A DNA stretch of 64,000 nucleotides from Octopus vulgaris (lineage: Eukaryota): NCBI GenBank assembly GCA_951406725.2, contig OX597827.1, positions 52,390,001 to 52,454,000 of the forward strand, given 5' to 3'. The notes beneath the pieces are model-generated. The model did no database searches, was not told the DNA's origin, and saw only the letters and a program-made list of their open reading frames with translations. How positions within the stretch are numbered: position 1 is the stretch's first letter; the number at the start of each line of letters is the position of its first letter. The position numbers were made by a program, and so were the translations under genes. Shown here one piece after another: positions 1-14,984 of this stretch.

Positions 1-945
1 ATGGTTTCTATTCCTGGCTGGAAGTGTTTTAACTTCATTTATATTACTTGTAAAATGCTTAAGCATCACAACTCCCCATTTCTCCTACTCCCTAAAAATC
101 TCAGACTTCATGCCTATATAAGAGACTAATATTTTTATTATAACTAATCTACTAATTTTTCATAATACACACACATATACTAATTAGTTCCTCAACAAAT
201 AAATAAAAATTTTTTAACGTCTACTATTTGCATGCCCCACTTACCCCAAAGTATAAATAAATCATTCCATGGAATGTTGCTGTCAAATTCAACTATTCTT
301 AACTATATTTTTAAATTCTGCTTATTTTGAACTGCATTATTTAAATAAATAAACTTTAAAAAGAAAGGTGGGTGGGGTCTCCTTTTTGTGAAAAAAAAAA
401 TTACAAAAAAGCCAAAGTAGGCAAACAAAAAGAGAAATTCACATCCAAACAAATGTTCAATCATTTTTTTTTATTTTAATGCATTTGAGCTATGTGTATG
501 GGTGCAGCTGTTATTATAACTTTCTTCTACACATAATGTGTACCTGAAAAAGATATAAAAAGATGACCATTGAGTATTCATAAGATGCAAGCTGTTTATT
601 ACTATTTTTAAATGTGTAATGGCTGAGTGAATAAAGGTAACTTGTTATTGGATTGGACTTTAGGCTTATGGATTCTAAAATTTGCACCTCCCTAACTGTG
701 ACATAGCTTTATCATTGTTGTTGTTATTATTATTATTATTATTGGAATCAGGTGCTAACTTTCTCATAACTGCTTTCTAACTGGAAGTTCTATGAATGTA
801 ACAAAATTGTTTCCTACATCTTGTTATCTATCAGTATAGCCTGGTCCTGAAGTGGTAATTAGAGAGCTGTAAATTTTTAAGAAATTAAAACTGAAAAGAG
901 AAATTACTCTCTTTCGTTTCTCTCTCTTTCTCTCTCTCTCCCTCC

Positions 946-1016
<71 letters not shown>

Positions 1017-2244
1017 TTACCTTTTCTCCTTGCTTGTGATTTCAAAAACCAGCAACAGAAATTGAAATTTTATAGTTGTGGTCCCATGCAAAGTACTTAA
1101 TGATGGTTATTTGTGATTGCTTTCTCCTGTAAAATTACCATATTGGTGAGTAAAAGATTAAGCTAACATCATGTTCAACAACACTTTTCTATGCCCTTTT
1201 AATAAAATAAAAAAAGAGAAACACTAGGATTTACAATTGGTGTCACAACATGAAACTTCTCTCAGCAAACAGAAGTAATGGCCATACTATCAGTTACAAA
1301 CAAAAATGACTATAGTCTATGTTGAATTACAGAAATAATCCTTCAACATAGCTGTATTTCAGAATCAGATGGTTTCAGCAGTATGAAGAAATATATCATG
1401 TTCATTTCATTACTGGAAAGTATTTAAAGTGTTCATAGTTAGTATTGATGAAATTATCTATTTTCATAAAAGCTGTTAACACTAACGTACCTTTTGTTTT
1501 TCATGCAGAAAGCATCTCTGAATCGTTGAATCTATGAATAATTTTATTTTTCTCATGCCGGTAAATATACAATCTTGTATATTTACAGATTCATTCATTA
1601 TTATTTTGGTAAGTATGGGGAGGTCAGAATAATACAGAAGTATATCCAAAGATGACTCCCATACATGCTGGAAAAATGAAAATTATTAGTCATTGATTAA
1701 TTTTCTATACATTAAATATATTGATCTGTCTTCATATTGATATAATTTTTATGGGTCATGTGGATTCCACAACATCAAAATTGTACCTTTCAATTTTTTT
1801 TTTACTATTTTGTGTTGGTTTATTGCCATTTATATTTCTAGACTGTTTCTCTCTCATTTATAAACACATAAAACATGATTTTGTTAGCATTTATGCTGCT
1901 CTGCTAGAGAAGTTCATGACTTGGTCTTAATAACCAACTGGAACTTTTTCAATTACAATGCTATTGAATTACTATTTCCATATCCTTATAATTTAACACT
2001 TTATATATAGGTATGCATGTATAGTTTACGCCATCTCCTATATCATTTCACAAATGTTCTCTGTCATCCACTTGTCCTTTCTCTCATGCCCTCTTACAAA
2101 GACTTGTATCCTATCAAGAATGTTCACTTCCAAAAGCAAAATGTCTATATAGAGTTTTTTTTGTATAGAATTGTGAATGCTATAGTAACGTTATATAATG
2201 TATTATATTGGAGTGGGGCAATATATATGTGTGCGTGTGTGTGT

Positions 2245-2583
2245 CGGAGACCCTCTTCGATTATGAATGATCATGGGATTGCACCTAGAAAGTTACCCTC
2301 CCAGGCACAAGTCCGGGCAAGGTTGTTTATGGAAGACCAGCAGTCGCACATGCATACCAGCCTACCCTCTCCACGCCTCCAATGTTATCCAAGGGAAAGG
2401 CAAAGGCCAATACAGCTTGGCACCAGTGACGTCACAACTTATTTCTACAGCTGAGTGAACTGGAGCAAGGTGAAATAAAGTGTCTTGCTCAAGAACACAA
2501 CACACAGCCCGGTTCGGGATTCGAACTCACAACCTCACAGTCGTAAGTTCGATGCTCTATCCACTGAGCCATGCGCCTTCACA
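2245..2583 (-). mobile_element. tRNA-derived SINE with CORE-like central segment (related: 40192-40352 +, 35618-35865 +)
   Basis: Minus strand A box TGGCTCAGTGG, B box GTTCGAATCC, then TTGAGCAAGACACTTTATTTCAC..GCTCCAGTTCACTCAGCTG. Confidence 0.85.
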
Positions 2584-4027
2584 TGTGCATATATATATAT
2601 ATGTATATATATATGTGTGTGTGTGTGTGTGATGAAAACAAGTGTAGGAACAACAAGGAAGTGTATTAGTTTGATGCTTTGAAAAAATGGAAAAGTCTTA
2701 TACATTTCGAGCCTACACTATTCGACAGAAAGAAATAAAAGGAAATAAATTGAGAGAGAATGAAGAAAAATGTGTTGATTTCAGTGGTCCAACATGACAA
2801 ATATATATACGTGTGTGTGTGTTTTATTTTTATGTATAGTTGCTTACAAACATAGTCAAAAATTAAATTGAAGGATCACTTATTATCTTTCAGTAGAGTA
2901 ACATATTTATTTTATTTTCACACAGTAAGGTTGCAGTTACTTTAAAGTTTCAGCTTACTAAGGGTTAAGTTGTGTGTGTCTGTATATGTGTACACACACT
3001 CATACATGCATACAGACACAAACACACACTTATTATGTAGAAAGGGTTATAATCCAAGCTGTGTCCTCTTAAAGCATATCTGCTTATTGTAATACTCTGA
3101 AGTCGTATGTAGATGTTGTGTCTTTGTGGGTTATGCATAAGAGTTGAAAAATACTGGAAAATGTTTTTTGTAGAGTAATTACATATCAAAACAGGAAATT
3201 GGGTGGGAAAATTTTTGGTACTGTTTATTCACCATTACATGTGTTTCATTTGCTTATAGGAGTTACAAAATTGTATATTTAGGAGAAACACATAAAACCG
3301 CTCCTACTAGAAATTCTTCAGACACAAAATCAAATAATTATTTAAATAATACCAAAAATTTTATTTTCCAATCTCCTGTTTTGATACACAGACATACACA
3401 CACTCACACATATATTAGTACACTTATTCTCACTCTTATAAAAATAGTAATGATAAAATAATAAACTAACATTTAGAAATAAAAACTTAAAACTAAATCT
3501 GTGACCACAAAATACAAGTATTACTCCCAACACCAACCAGTATTACAAGAGTGAAACATGGAGAGATTGAGAGAGACAGACAGACAGACAAAAAGTAAAG
3601 TAAAAGAGGAGAATTTTTCTTATGGATATTGAAACAAAAATATTGTTTTTTTTACAAGAAATTGTTTCTATTTTGGGGCTAGATTGTCTCGTGTTCATTT
3701 ATATATATTTTGTATTTTTTGTGTGGATGTATTTGCTGTAGTTTAACTTATATATTTATTGCTATGCTCTGTTGTCCGGATATATTTTATTTTATTGTAT
3801 CTATATATTTATTGCTATTAATTTGTTTCTGTGGTTGATTAATTGCTTTTTGGATTTCGGGATAATTAATAGTACTACAATCACCACCACCACCACTACA
3901 ACAACAACAACAACAACAACAACACTATTATTACTATTACTACTGCATTACTGCAATCACTATTACTGCAACTACAATCAATATTGCTGCTACTCCTACA
4001 ATCATTACTAATACAACACAAGCCAAT

Positions 4028-4228
4028 GAGAGGGCCTCTATGCAGGTACTCAACCTGCTAGAAATCGCAACTAAATCTTCCCCAAATCACACCTCTCTCA
4101 TCTTAAAAAATGGAAAGACACTAGATAATATAGCCCTGGATACCCTTTAAAATGATGGGATAGTCATATTTCCAATGCTTCTGATCATTGGTCTACTCAA
4201 CCAAGTTTAACCTGGAGCTGAACAACTA
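4028..4228 (+). repeat. Old dispersed repeat (related copies ~8997-9170 +, ~44470-44645 -, ~44930-45080 -)
   Basis: Recurring CAACCTGCTAGAAAT...AAATCACACC...GATAATATAG segment. Confidence 0.6.
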
Positions 4229-7200
4229 TGACTAATACAACTACATCCTTCTCCAGTAATCATTTAATCATGTTATCAACTTAAAAACCAAACAACAAAC
4301 TATTTTAGTTTAGACATATCCAGTTCTTCAGTAAGTTAAGGGTCATTTGTGTACTATTGTCATTATAGTACAAACACATACATACATCTATTAAATGTTT
4401 GTGTATTTATGTGTACTTGTATTAGATGGGATATATTCTCAAATTGTGCTGCCAGAAACACACACAGTAACTATAAAATGGCCAAGCTGCTAACAAAATC
4501 CAGACATGAGACGTTATCTCCACTGTCAGCTCTGCTATCGGTGTCAGACAATTTGTAGTTCTTTACAAATGTTAAATTTACTATGATTAATATTCAATTT
4601 GATGCCTGATGAAAAAAAAAACAAAAAAACTCATCTTAAGAGATTTCCAGAGAATTGCACTTTTCAAAAGAAAGGATTGGATAAAGTCTTTCACACAGGT
4701 TTGTTGGATGAGTCACAGCTTAGATGACAAGAAGAGAACACTTGTGTGCATTAGATGAGCTTAAGTAGAGGTGGTGTATATCATTATAATTTAGTGGATT
4801 ACAGGCCATTCTCAAAGCAGTAGATGAAGCAGAGAATAGTACTCTGTAAAAGGAAGCTAAGTCTTTGGGGGGCAGTTTTGGTAATGTTGTATATGTGTGA
4901 TCACTATGAGTGATCTTCAGAAATTGTGACTCCCAAGAATTTGAAGAGATTTTGAAGGCTTTTAGCTGTGTTCGTATATAGAGGTGATTGTATGTTGATG
5001 CTGTTGAAGAAGTAGATTGTTATGTATCCATTAGAAGATGCTTTCAAATACTCTATTCATGTAATCAGTAGCAGTCTGTCATGAAATATCTATGTCTTAT
5101 GTGGATATATATATGCAAATAGAATATTTGTGTCAACATTATTTTACTTGGCTGTCAATAAATCACACAAATACATTCACATGGACATGCATATATGTAT
5201 ATACATATGTGTATAACTGACTTCATGTACATTTTATATGTTATTTGTGTGTGTATAAAACTGTCTGTTATGTAATACAACAGACAAGAAACTAAAAGAT
5301 GCTGTTTTCTTTTACTTCTTCCTTAAATTAATCAACTTTATACAATATATTTTTGTTCATGAAAATGTCTCTAAAAATTGAAGAGAAAGTATTTAATTTT
5401 TTAACATTCTTCAATTTTTGTTTTTATTTCATAATTATTTTCTTTGATTAAACTTTTTTCATTTTGTACCATCTTAAAAATAACAATGTTATATTTTTTA
5501 GTTTTATTTTACTTCATCTGATAATTGAATCTGCATCAATTCAAGATATGGTCCATCTTCCTATGGAAACTTTTACTTCAGCACAAACATCTGATTTGTA
5601 TTAAATCTCTGTAGATTCTCAGGACAAAAAGTCCAATTGGAGATGTAATGCATACAAGTATAACGACAGAGAAAACTGGTCTCTCCAACAGCCAATAGCC
5701 ACCATTGTGGTCATTTCATTTGTGAAAAGAAGGAAAGAAAACAATATTCTAAAAGAAGAAGAATCAGAAACAAAATACATTTGAATGTTTAATAATGTTG
5801 AATTTTTTGTTAATTTATTTTTCTTATTTATTTTTTCACTTCTGAAAATAAAACTTGATAATAATAACACTTATTGGGGAGATGGTTTTTATTGGGTTGT
5901 ATAAAGACCAACTCAGACCACTCTTGCATCACTTTGTGGGGTTTCATTTGGTTGCTCTCCACCTGAACTAAACACATTGAGTTTTATTTCACAGCAAATA
6001 CTATTTTCAATTATAAACTTTTCATCCAATCTTGCATATCAAATCCAGATGTTTTCTTATTTTTATAAATACCCAAAATTAACAGAGGTCACTTGACCTT
6101 GTTATTATTTTACTGTTAATGTACAATATGCTTTTTCTTCTCTCTCTCTCTCACTCTCTCTCTCTCTCTCTCTCTCTCTCGCTATCTTCTCTTTAATATC
6201 TTCTTTCTATTTTTATTGTTTTTTTGTACCATTCAGTTTTCATTTTAAATCAATTGGGCAGTATCTATATACAAATGTTATTTTTTTTATTTAAAAAGCA
6301 AAAAAAAAAAAAACAGAAAAAAATTAGAAATACTTTTTTAATTGTATTCATTTATTTGTTTGTTTTGTAATAAAAATGGTAGTGTGGGCAAATATTTTTG
6401 TGGAAACATCTTAGGACTATTTGTTTTTGAATTAGTGCACAGTCAAACTTTTAAGACTGTGACCAGTTAGAGCTGACCATGGTCATAAAAGTAAGCATGG
6501 GTCTTAAAGTTGGTTAAGAGATTAAAGCTTTCTCAGTGCTTAATCCTTTCATGACAACTAGATCTGCATCTAAAGTCTAAGATGGAAGAGAAGTCTATAG
6601 CAGCCAAGATGACCTCGACAAGTTCTGATACAAATAACTCAACCCAAAATTTTATTGACACCTCAGTTAGTCTTATTATTGACCTTATTCTCTTATGAAT
6701 GGTTACTGCCAGATGTGAAGCAACTTGAAAGGATTATTTCAGTTTTGTGATTGTATTTTCATATCAGATTGTATCTGACTGATGGTTGGAAAACATTGTG
6801 AACACTAGCTCATCATAATTGCATTAAGTCTGTTCCTTATTACAACCATCACTACTACTACTACTACTACTAATGATATTAATAAAAGGCTTTTTGATGG
6901 CAGGCCTCAAGTGGGTATCGACATTATAAACCTGAAATTAACTGTTATGCCCCTACCTTTCACTACTTATCGCTCTGTTATTTCCAAAATTTATACACTG
7001 AACTCACAGTGTAAAAGAAAAATCAACAACTATTTTTCATTAATTTATTTGTAGAGCATAACATCTCTTTTTAGGTTTCCTTGTATAAACCAGAGAAATA
7101 CATTATATGTCTGTTTCTAAGGGACAGGGTTAGTGATGGGGTGAGGCACAGAGAAATGTGGTCAAGCAGGGTGAGAAGAAGGCAAATATCTTACTGATAA

Positions 7201-7447
7201 TCTTGCCTCTAGACTCCTCTCATTACTATAGCACATCTACCAAATATAACTGCCCATTGCATAGCATTGCATTTTTTTGGTTATTTTGCTACTTCCTTGT
7301 TGCTTTTTTTTTGTGTTTACCCCTCCACCTATATCCTTTGGCTTCATTCAGTATTGAAATGTATTTTATTGTTGTTATTATTATTATTAATATTATTATT
7401 AGTATCTTCATTATCACTATCATTATCATCATTGTAAAAAAAAAAAA

Positions 7448-7665
7448 GGCAGGACTTTGGCAGAAATGACAGAGCATTTGACTAAATACTTGTCAGAAAT
7501 AAGCTGCTCTACATTCTGTATCCAAATCCCGTCAAGGTTGACTTTGCCTTTCATCTCTCCAGGGTTGATTAAGAATAAAATACCAGTCATGTACTGGGGT
7601 TGATCTGATTGACTGTCTCTACCCTACAGGTATGTGGCCCTGTGCCAATATGAGAGAACCATTAT
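7448..7665 (+). mobile_element. Old SINE family (related copies ~59840-60000 and ~60236-60375)
   Basis: Recurring TGGCAGAA head and GACTTTGCCTTTCATC..GGGTTGAT..TACCAGTC segment; resembles the Meta-SINE domain from memory, unverified. Confidence 0.6.
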
Positions 7666-9424
7666 TATCAGTATTATTATTTTTGTTTTGTTGACTGAAA
7701 AAATATTAGCTGGCACCTATTAAAGCCTCATTCCTTGTAAACCACATTTCGTAATTAATTAATCTATGTTATTTATTCAATATTATTTTTTTATTTTGGA
7801 AAAACAAAACTGTAAAAAAAAATTAATAATACATATATATATATTATATATATAATACAAAGAAAAATATAAAAGAACAGTTTGAAAGCTAAAGTATACA
7901 TGAAAAAAACCAAAGTAGGAGATAATAATGAAATATTTTTTAATTTCTCACTTTCTTTTTTAAATTCAAAAGACGAAAAAAAAAAAAGCAAGAGAAAGGA
8001 CTTTGTACTGTTTTCTTTTATATATATATATATTCAGATCTGGAAACTAATCTTTTTTTTTTTTGTAAAATGTCTTTTATATTTTTTTTATTTGTTTCTT
8101 TTTTCTGTCCTTTTTTAAAAAAAACCAAATGCTTTAAAACTTAGTAATACACACACACACATACCTATATTTATAAGTTTACTCTCAAATATTTGTTTGT
8201 GATTCTACATATTTTTGTAAGGAAATGTGTGAGTGAGTGGGTAACACATTAAAACAAAATCAGTCACTTTTAGAACTAGAAAGAAACTAATTATAACACT
8301 TTCTTTTTTTATTATTTTCTTCCTGTTGATCAAGTGTATTCAGCTTTAGTCTTCCAGTGAGGCCAGCTTTTCTGTGACTTACATTTAGAGTTATTAGAGT
8401 TAGTGTTAACCTACTAGGACTGAACATTTGCTATAGCAATCTACTTGCAGTATCTTCATCTCAAGGAGAAACCACTTTGTGCAAAAACTCTCTCTCTCTC
8501 TCTCTCATGTGTATGATATATATAGAATAAAGACATGACAAGAGTAGTTTAATATGCATCAAGCTGTAAACACCACCACAGAGTTGATCATGTTTACATA
8601 CCTAAGCAGTTTCCCTTGCATTTTGACTTTCCTGTTTTGTCTTTTACTCTCATAGAAATACGCATATAAAAATCCGGACACACACACACATTCAATAACA
8701 CATGTATACATTCACAGATAAGATTAAGCCTTTTTGTTGAAATATTAAATTATTTTAACAGAAAAATTGAATAGAAAAATGCATTGTTTCTTGTAGTAGT
8801 TGTGATGGGGGTGGCTTGTGATTTTGGTGGTGGTGATATAATGTTTTTAAAAAAAATTGATGGGTCAAGGTTTATTTCAACTTGTTCATAAGCAGTTGGT
8901 TACAGTATTTCTTCTACAAGAATTATTCCAGCTGTATCCATTTCTGGATATTAATGTCTGCCCTACACTATAGCCCCTAGCTATACAAGTCAAAGACGGA
9001 ATCTCTACGTGGTTGTTCAACCTGCTAGAAATAGTCACATCTCTCTGAGATCACATCCTAACTTTGAAAAAAAGGGTTATTTTGGATAATGTGGTCCTAA
9101 GTTCCTTGTGCAGAGGGAAAATATGAGATGATCGTAGGTCTATTTAATCAGGGTTGACCTAGATTCACACAAAACAGTCAATAGCTGTGTGGTCATGTTT
9201 AACTACTCTGTGTAGTTTCTTTATAACTGGATGAACCACTATCACACCAGCACTCACCACCATAATCTTTGCAAATGACTGACATCCTACTTGGTTTTCA
9301 CAAACGGTTGACCATTAACACTTGAGCTCACTTATCTGTGTGTGTGTATTTACAAACTTCATACATATCTTCATTATAACTTAACCAACTCATTCTACAA
9401 ACTATCATTGATGCTCAACATACA

Positions 9425-9869
9425 TTTTTTTTTCTCTTTTCTCTTCCTTTCATTGTTGAAGCATTTTCTATGAAATGATAAATTTATTTTGGTTTTAACA
9501 TAATAAAGCTACAACATTAATGAAAAAAAATTAAAATAACATTTACTTAGAATTAAAAAATAGATCAGGAATGATTTAGTGCAAAACTTGTATGGTTAAT
9601 ACAAGCTGCTTTTATCATCATCATCATCATCATCATCATCATTTAGCGTCCGTTTTCCTAAATGATGATGATGATGATGATGATAAAAGCAGCTTGTATT
9701 AACCATACAAGTTTTGCACTAAATCATTCCTGATCTATTTTTTAATTCTAAGTAAATGTTATTTTAATTTTTTTTCATTAATGTTGTAGCTTTATTATGT
9801 TAAAACCAAAATAAATTTATCATTTCATAGAAAATGCTTCAACAATGAAAGGAAGAGAAAAGAGAAAAA

Positions 9870-9875
<6 letters not shown>
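9425..9875. repeat. Near-perfect fold-back palindrome, ~220-bp arms, 11-nt spacer
   Basis: 9425-9646 is the reverse complement of 9658-~9875 except for (ATC)9 vs (ATC)7 and terminal homopolymer length. Confidence 0.97.
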
Positions 9876-9900
<25 letters not shown>

Positions 9901-10053
9901 TATAAACATCTATTTTTTCCATGTAACATGGTCAGTCCAACTTAAGCCAGCATGAAAAAAAAATGTTAAAATGATGAATTTGATATATATAGGATGCACA
10001 AAAATATATGTTAATATAAAAGAAACCTATATAAAATGTATGTTTATACATAC

Positions 10054-10099
<46 letters not shown>

Positions 10100-13000
10100 T
10101 TATACTTATATTTACCTACAAATTTGTACATACATATACTATCATACATTGGACCTTTCAGATCAGTTCATTCTTATTTATTGTACACTTGACATCACAA
10201 GATCTTTTACAAACCCACTCACTCGCCTATTAGATGTATACGATTTAACAATAACTGTTCTTTCACTTTTATTCTCTATTTCTGCTATTTAGATCTTAGA
10301 AACCTAAACCACCCTAACTTGTATTTGAAGGCTGGGTCTTTAATTATTATTTTTCTTTATTTTTTAGCTTCCCCACTTCTCACTCTTTAGATAAATCACT
10401 ATTTGAATTATAATAATAATTTGGTATATTTTTTAAAATATTACTTAATATTTACACCTTAATTGCAGAAGCATCAGATTGTTCTACAATCAGCAAAATC
10501 ACTTGCCTGTCTGTTTATCTATCTGCAAGCATAGCATAAGTTTGTTGTCTCTGCCTGTGTGTAGATATATTTTTTTGCCACTAATGAATACAACTGACTG
10601 AATAATTTACGAATTTTATGAAATTCAAAAAAAATTTGTTTCAAGTAGGTTCCATCATTGTCTTTATTTTTTTTATTGAATCAGAAACATAGTAAGAAAG
10701 GTACTGTTTAGGTTTACATATCAGTTCAAGCTACATATGTCAACTCAGCACAGATCCTCTACTGTAGGTCTATAACATCTACTACTATCTTATTGATTTC
10801 CTTTCTCCATACTCTGGTATTCAAGTTAAAATGTTTGGGTTTTTTTTTCATGTTTTTATCTGTAAACCCATGCAAGATTAAGAACTGTGAAAGAGCTAGA
10901 GAATTAGCAAACTTGTGTGAGAGATATGCTTCGGGATTAAGATCTATGGAAATTATTTTTATTGAGTTGTGTGAGCAACTCTTATTATTTAAGACTAGAC
11001 AAGCAAATTGCCTACTGATTTGGTGGTTTACAAGTTTCAATCCTGCCAACAGTTCTCTTTTTGTGTATATGTGTATGTGTGTGTGTTCATGAAAAGGGTC
11101 AAACAGCATATTTTACATCTGAAATCTGTGTTATAGATACAGCTACCCCTGTGTCACTGAGCAAAGCTGACTGAGTGATACCCAGTAAGAAGAGACCACT
11201 TCAGTTTATTCATTGATTCCATCTTTATCAAGAGTAACATATAATTGTCACCCATGAATAACAGCCAACTTTGAGCAATTGAATGTCCAATACAATATAG
11301 ACAGGAAGTGAAATAACATGAGTGGTTCAATAAAACAGAGCTAAAAAGAGATCAGAACTCTGGAGAAAAATGTTTTACTGTAATAGAGATTTCCAAACTT
11401 TCTTTTTAAAAGTATAGAGTTTTGTCCTCTGATTTCAAAGAATAATCAGGTTAGAAATGTTATCTTTCTATGATTATTTAGGTTTTTTAAATATTGATAT
11501 ATGCATAAGTATTACTGGAGTAGTTTAGCTAGATGCCCCTCTATACACCATAAAATAGGAATGATATATATTTTGTTAAGTGGACAGAGATAAATATGAA
11601 GATATTACTTGTCTGAAAGTACAGCAGAAATACTTTTGTGGTTAGTAACCTACCACTGTAAGAAATCAATCACCACACAATCACTTTATCTGAGATTGTT
11701 CTTGGTTGTTAAATTTGTGCTACGTGATTCCTCTTTTAAGCTGATCTTGCAACTCTGATGCTAATGAATAATTGCCTCATATAACCCATGCTGGCTAACT
11801 GGTTTACCTCCCATGCCATTTGATGCCAAATTTATCAAGGTATGCTTTTGTTCTTTATAGTAACTATGAAATGTTGTTAATGTAAGATGTTCATAAAATT
11901 TGTACTAATTGCATAGATATATTTCACTCTTAAGTAAAATCTTTTCTTATATCTTTTGAAACGGCTAACTAACGTGATTTCTCATTGACAGTTTTTGATT
12001 ATTATCATTAATTAATTGAAAAATTGACCCCTTTAAATGTCCATAAAAAGAGAAAAAAATCTTTTCTAGTATATTGAGATTGTGTGAAAAAATTTAAATT
12101 TATTTTTTCTTGGTAGAGGATACAGAAAACAGTGGTAGTCTTTTTAATCAAGAAATGTGGAAAGAAAAAAAAAAGAAAAGAAAATGATTTTAAAAGTTGA
12201 TAAAAGAGAATTTTTTATTTTTATTTTTAAAAAATAAAATTTTTTTAGTTTATTTTAGTATTTATATCTATGAATAAATGTATTTCTTACTATTCTGCAA
12301 ACACAAAACACACACATGCACACAAACACACACACACACATACACACACACACATAAACACACACACACGCAACAGCTGCATATAACACATACATAAAGT
12401 GGATTTTGTAGAATTTTAGAGAGAGAAGGAAATGAAATTCATGATTGAAAGCTATTAAGGTGTATATTTTAGTTTTTTAGCAGAACACGAAATCTGTCAA
12501 ACACAAATATTACACAATAGTATCTTAAATGAAGGAATGTTTATTTTCCACCTGCTTTATTTTGATAGATACAAATTTCACAAATATATTCACTCATATT
12601 TTCAACCGAACAAAACAGAAGATGTACAACTTTAATTTAAAACCATATATACACATCTCAACACAAATCTTCACATGCACACAAGTCAAAGAAAATATTG
12701 CATAAAATGTTTCTCTAAAAGTTCACTTTAAGAAATAATTATTAAAAAAAATAAAAACCTTTTAAAAAAAAGATGAAGTTTCTATGTTTTCTATAATAAA
12801 GGCTGAGTCTCTGAAAAAAATTCTTTTTTTATAATAAATTTTTGTGTCTATAATAAACATTGACAATTTTTTTAAATTCCTCCCTTCCCTAATTTTTGTC
12901 AAACCCCAAGCCAATGGCCACAGGTTGGTATGGCCTACTGTTTTTGTTGACTGTAGCAGAACTTTTTAAGAATTTCACAAAGTGGGGAAAAATTGTTTTT

Positions 13001-13297
13001 AGGAAAATAAAGAGAAAAATACACAATATTCTAAAAATTGTCCCAAACTGTTTATTTTTTAAATTATTTTTTCAGTCCCTGAAACACTTGTCTCTGGAAA
13101 AAAAAATTTTTTCTTTTCTTTATGTTTTTGTTTACCCAAAGGAGAAGCGATTTCTACCTTTCTTCCTTCCTGCTAATATTTATTTAACATGGTAAGATAT
13201 TTGATAAAGATAACTAAAATTACTCTACAGTTCCATCGTTCCATTTTCTTTTCTGCAGCATTGTTACTTTATTAATACACATGATATGAACATATAA

Positions 13298-13601
13298 GTG
13301 ATCACCATGATCGACCAGGCTATCAGATGTTGCTACACATCTCTGGTAACAATGCGCTTCGCATTGATGCCTTCAAATGATGCCACCCTGCTGGCTAAGC
13401 AAGCAAGCCAACAGAAGAAAGAGTGAGAGAAAGTTGTGGTGAAAGAGTCCAGTAGGGATCACCACCACACCCTGCTTGAGCCTCGTGGATCTTTAGGTAT
13501 TTTTGCTCAATAAACACTCACAACGCCCGGTCTGGGAATTGAAACCGCGATCCTACGACCGTGAGTCCGCTACTCTGACCACTGAGCCATTGCGTCTCCA
13601 C
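13298..13601 (-). mobile_element. tRNA-derived SINE
   Basis: A box TGGCTCAGTGG, B-box-like GTTTCAATTCC; homologous to 14071-14343. Confidence 0.85.
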
Positions 13602-14043
13602 ATGAACATATATGTATATGCATATATATGCATGTTTAAATATTATATAGACATGTATAAAAATGTGTATATACGTATATTTAAATTATAGTCATAAGCA
13701 TATAACATTACATGTTAGTCATAAGTGATCTCTTTCTCTCTCTCTCGTGGCAGATTTTCTACAGACAAATGCCCTTCCTATCACCAACTTTTACTGTTGT
13801 TGTTTCCAAGCAAAGTGATAATTCACCATGACCAGATATTTCTCATGGGAGATTAGAGACAGATGACACCGTTTGTATGAGATTGATGCTTGTGTGAACT
13901 ATAACATGATGTCAAGACAAGAAGACACAAATGCACACACACTTCATTTCCTTTCTAACTCTGCTTACAAATTTTCTCCCACTATAACATTCTTGGCAAA
14001 GGTAGATTTTATATACTTAAATGGAAAGAATATTGGTCTAACG

Positions 14044-14070
<27 letters not shown>

Positions 14071-14074
<4 letters not shown>

Positions 14075-14343
14075 ATCACGTGACCAACCAGTCCATCAGA
14101 TGTAGCTACACATCGCTGGTCACAATGCCACCCCACTGGCTAAGCGAGCAGGCCGACAGAAGAAAGAGTGGGAGAAAGAGGGGTGAAAGAGTACAGCAGG
14201 GATCACCACCCCCTGCCGGAGCGTCATAGAGCTTTTAGGTGTTTTCGCTCAATAAACACTCACAATGCCCGGTCTAGGAATTGAAACCGCGATCTTGCGA
14301 CCGCGAGTCCGCTGCCCTAACCACTGGGCCATTGCGCCTCCAC
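14071..14343 (-). mobile_element. tRNA-derived SINE, same family as 13298-13601
   Basis: TGGCCCAGTGGTTAGGGC...GGTTTCAATTCC head, shared body. Confidence 0.85.
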
Positions 14344-14353
14344 ACACACACAC

Positions 14354-14384
<31 letters not shown>

Positions 14385-14514
14385 TATATGTATATGTATA
14401 TATGTATGTCTATATATGTATGTATATATATATGTATATATGTATGTCTATATATGTATGTATATACATATATATGTATGTATATATATATATGTATGTC
14501 TATATATGTATGTT

Positions 14515-14550
<36 letters not shown>

Positions 14551-14555
14551 TATAT

Positions 14556-14945
14556 AGGCGCAGGAGTGGCTGTGTGGTAAGTAGCTTGCTAACCAACCAC
14601 ATGGTTCCGGGTTCAGTCCCACTGCGTAGCATCTTGGGCAAGTGTCTTCTGCTATAGCCCCGGGCCGACCAATGCCTTGTGAGTGGATTTGGTAGACGGA
14701 AACTGAAAGAAGCCTGTCGTATATATGTATATATATATGTGTGTGTGTTTATGTGTCTGTATTTGTCCCCCTAGCATCGCTTGACAACCGATGCTGGTGT
14801 GTTTACGTCCCCGTCACTTAGCGGTTCGGCAAAAAAGAGACCGATAGAATAAGTACTGGGCTTACAAAGAATAAGTCCCGGGGTCGAGTTGCTCGATTAA
14901 AGGCGGTGCTCCAGCATGGCCGCATTCAAATTACTTAAACAATTA
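14556..14945 (+). mobile_element. Abundant SINE with internal TA/TG microsatellite
   Basis: GGAGTGGCTGTGTGGTAAG...GGGTTCAGTCCC head, TTGGGCAAGTGTCTT core, A-rich tail; near-identical copy at 27433-27835. Confidence 0.9.
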
Positions 14946-14950
14946 AAAAA

Positions 14951-14984
<34 letters not shown>

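Noticed and set aside
2505-2583. tRNA genes here and at ~13530-13601, ~14265-14343, ~40192-40270
   Set aside because: A/B boxes are present but I could not fold a complete cloverleaf, and each continues into a SINE body.
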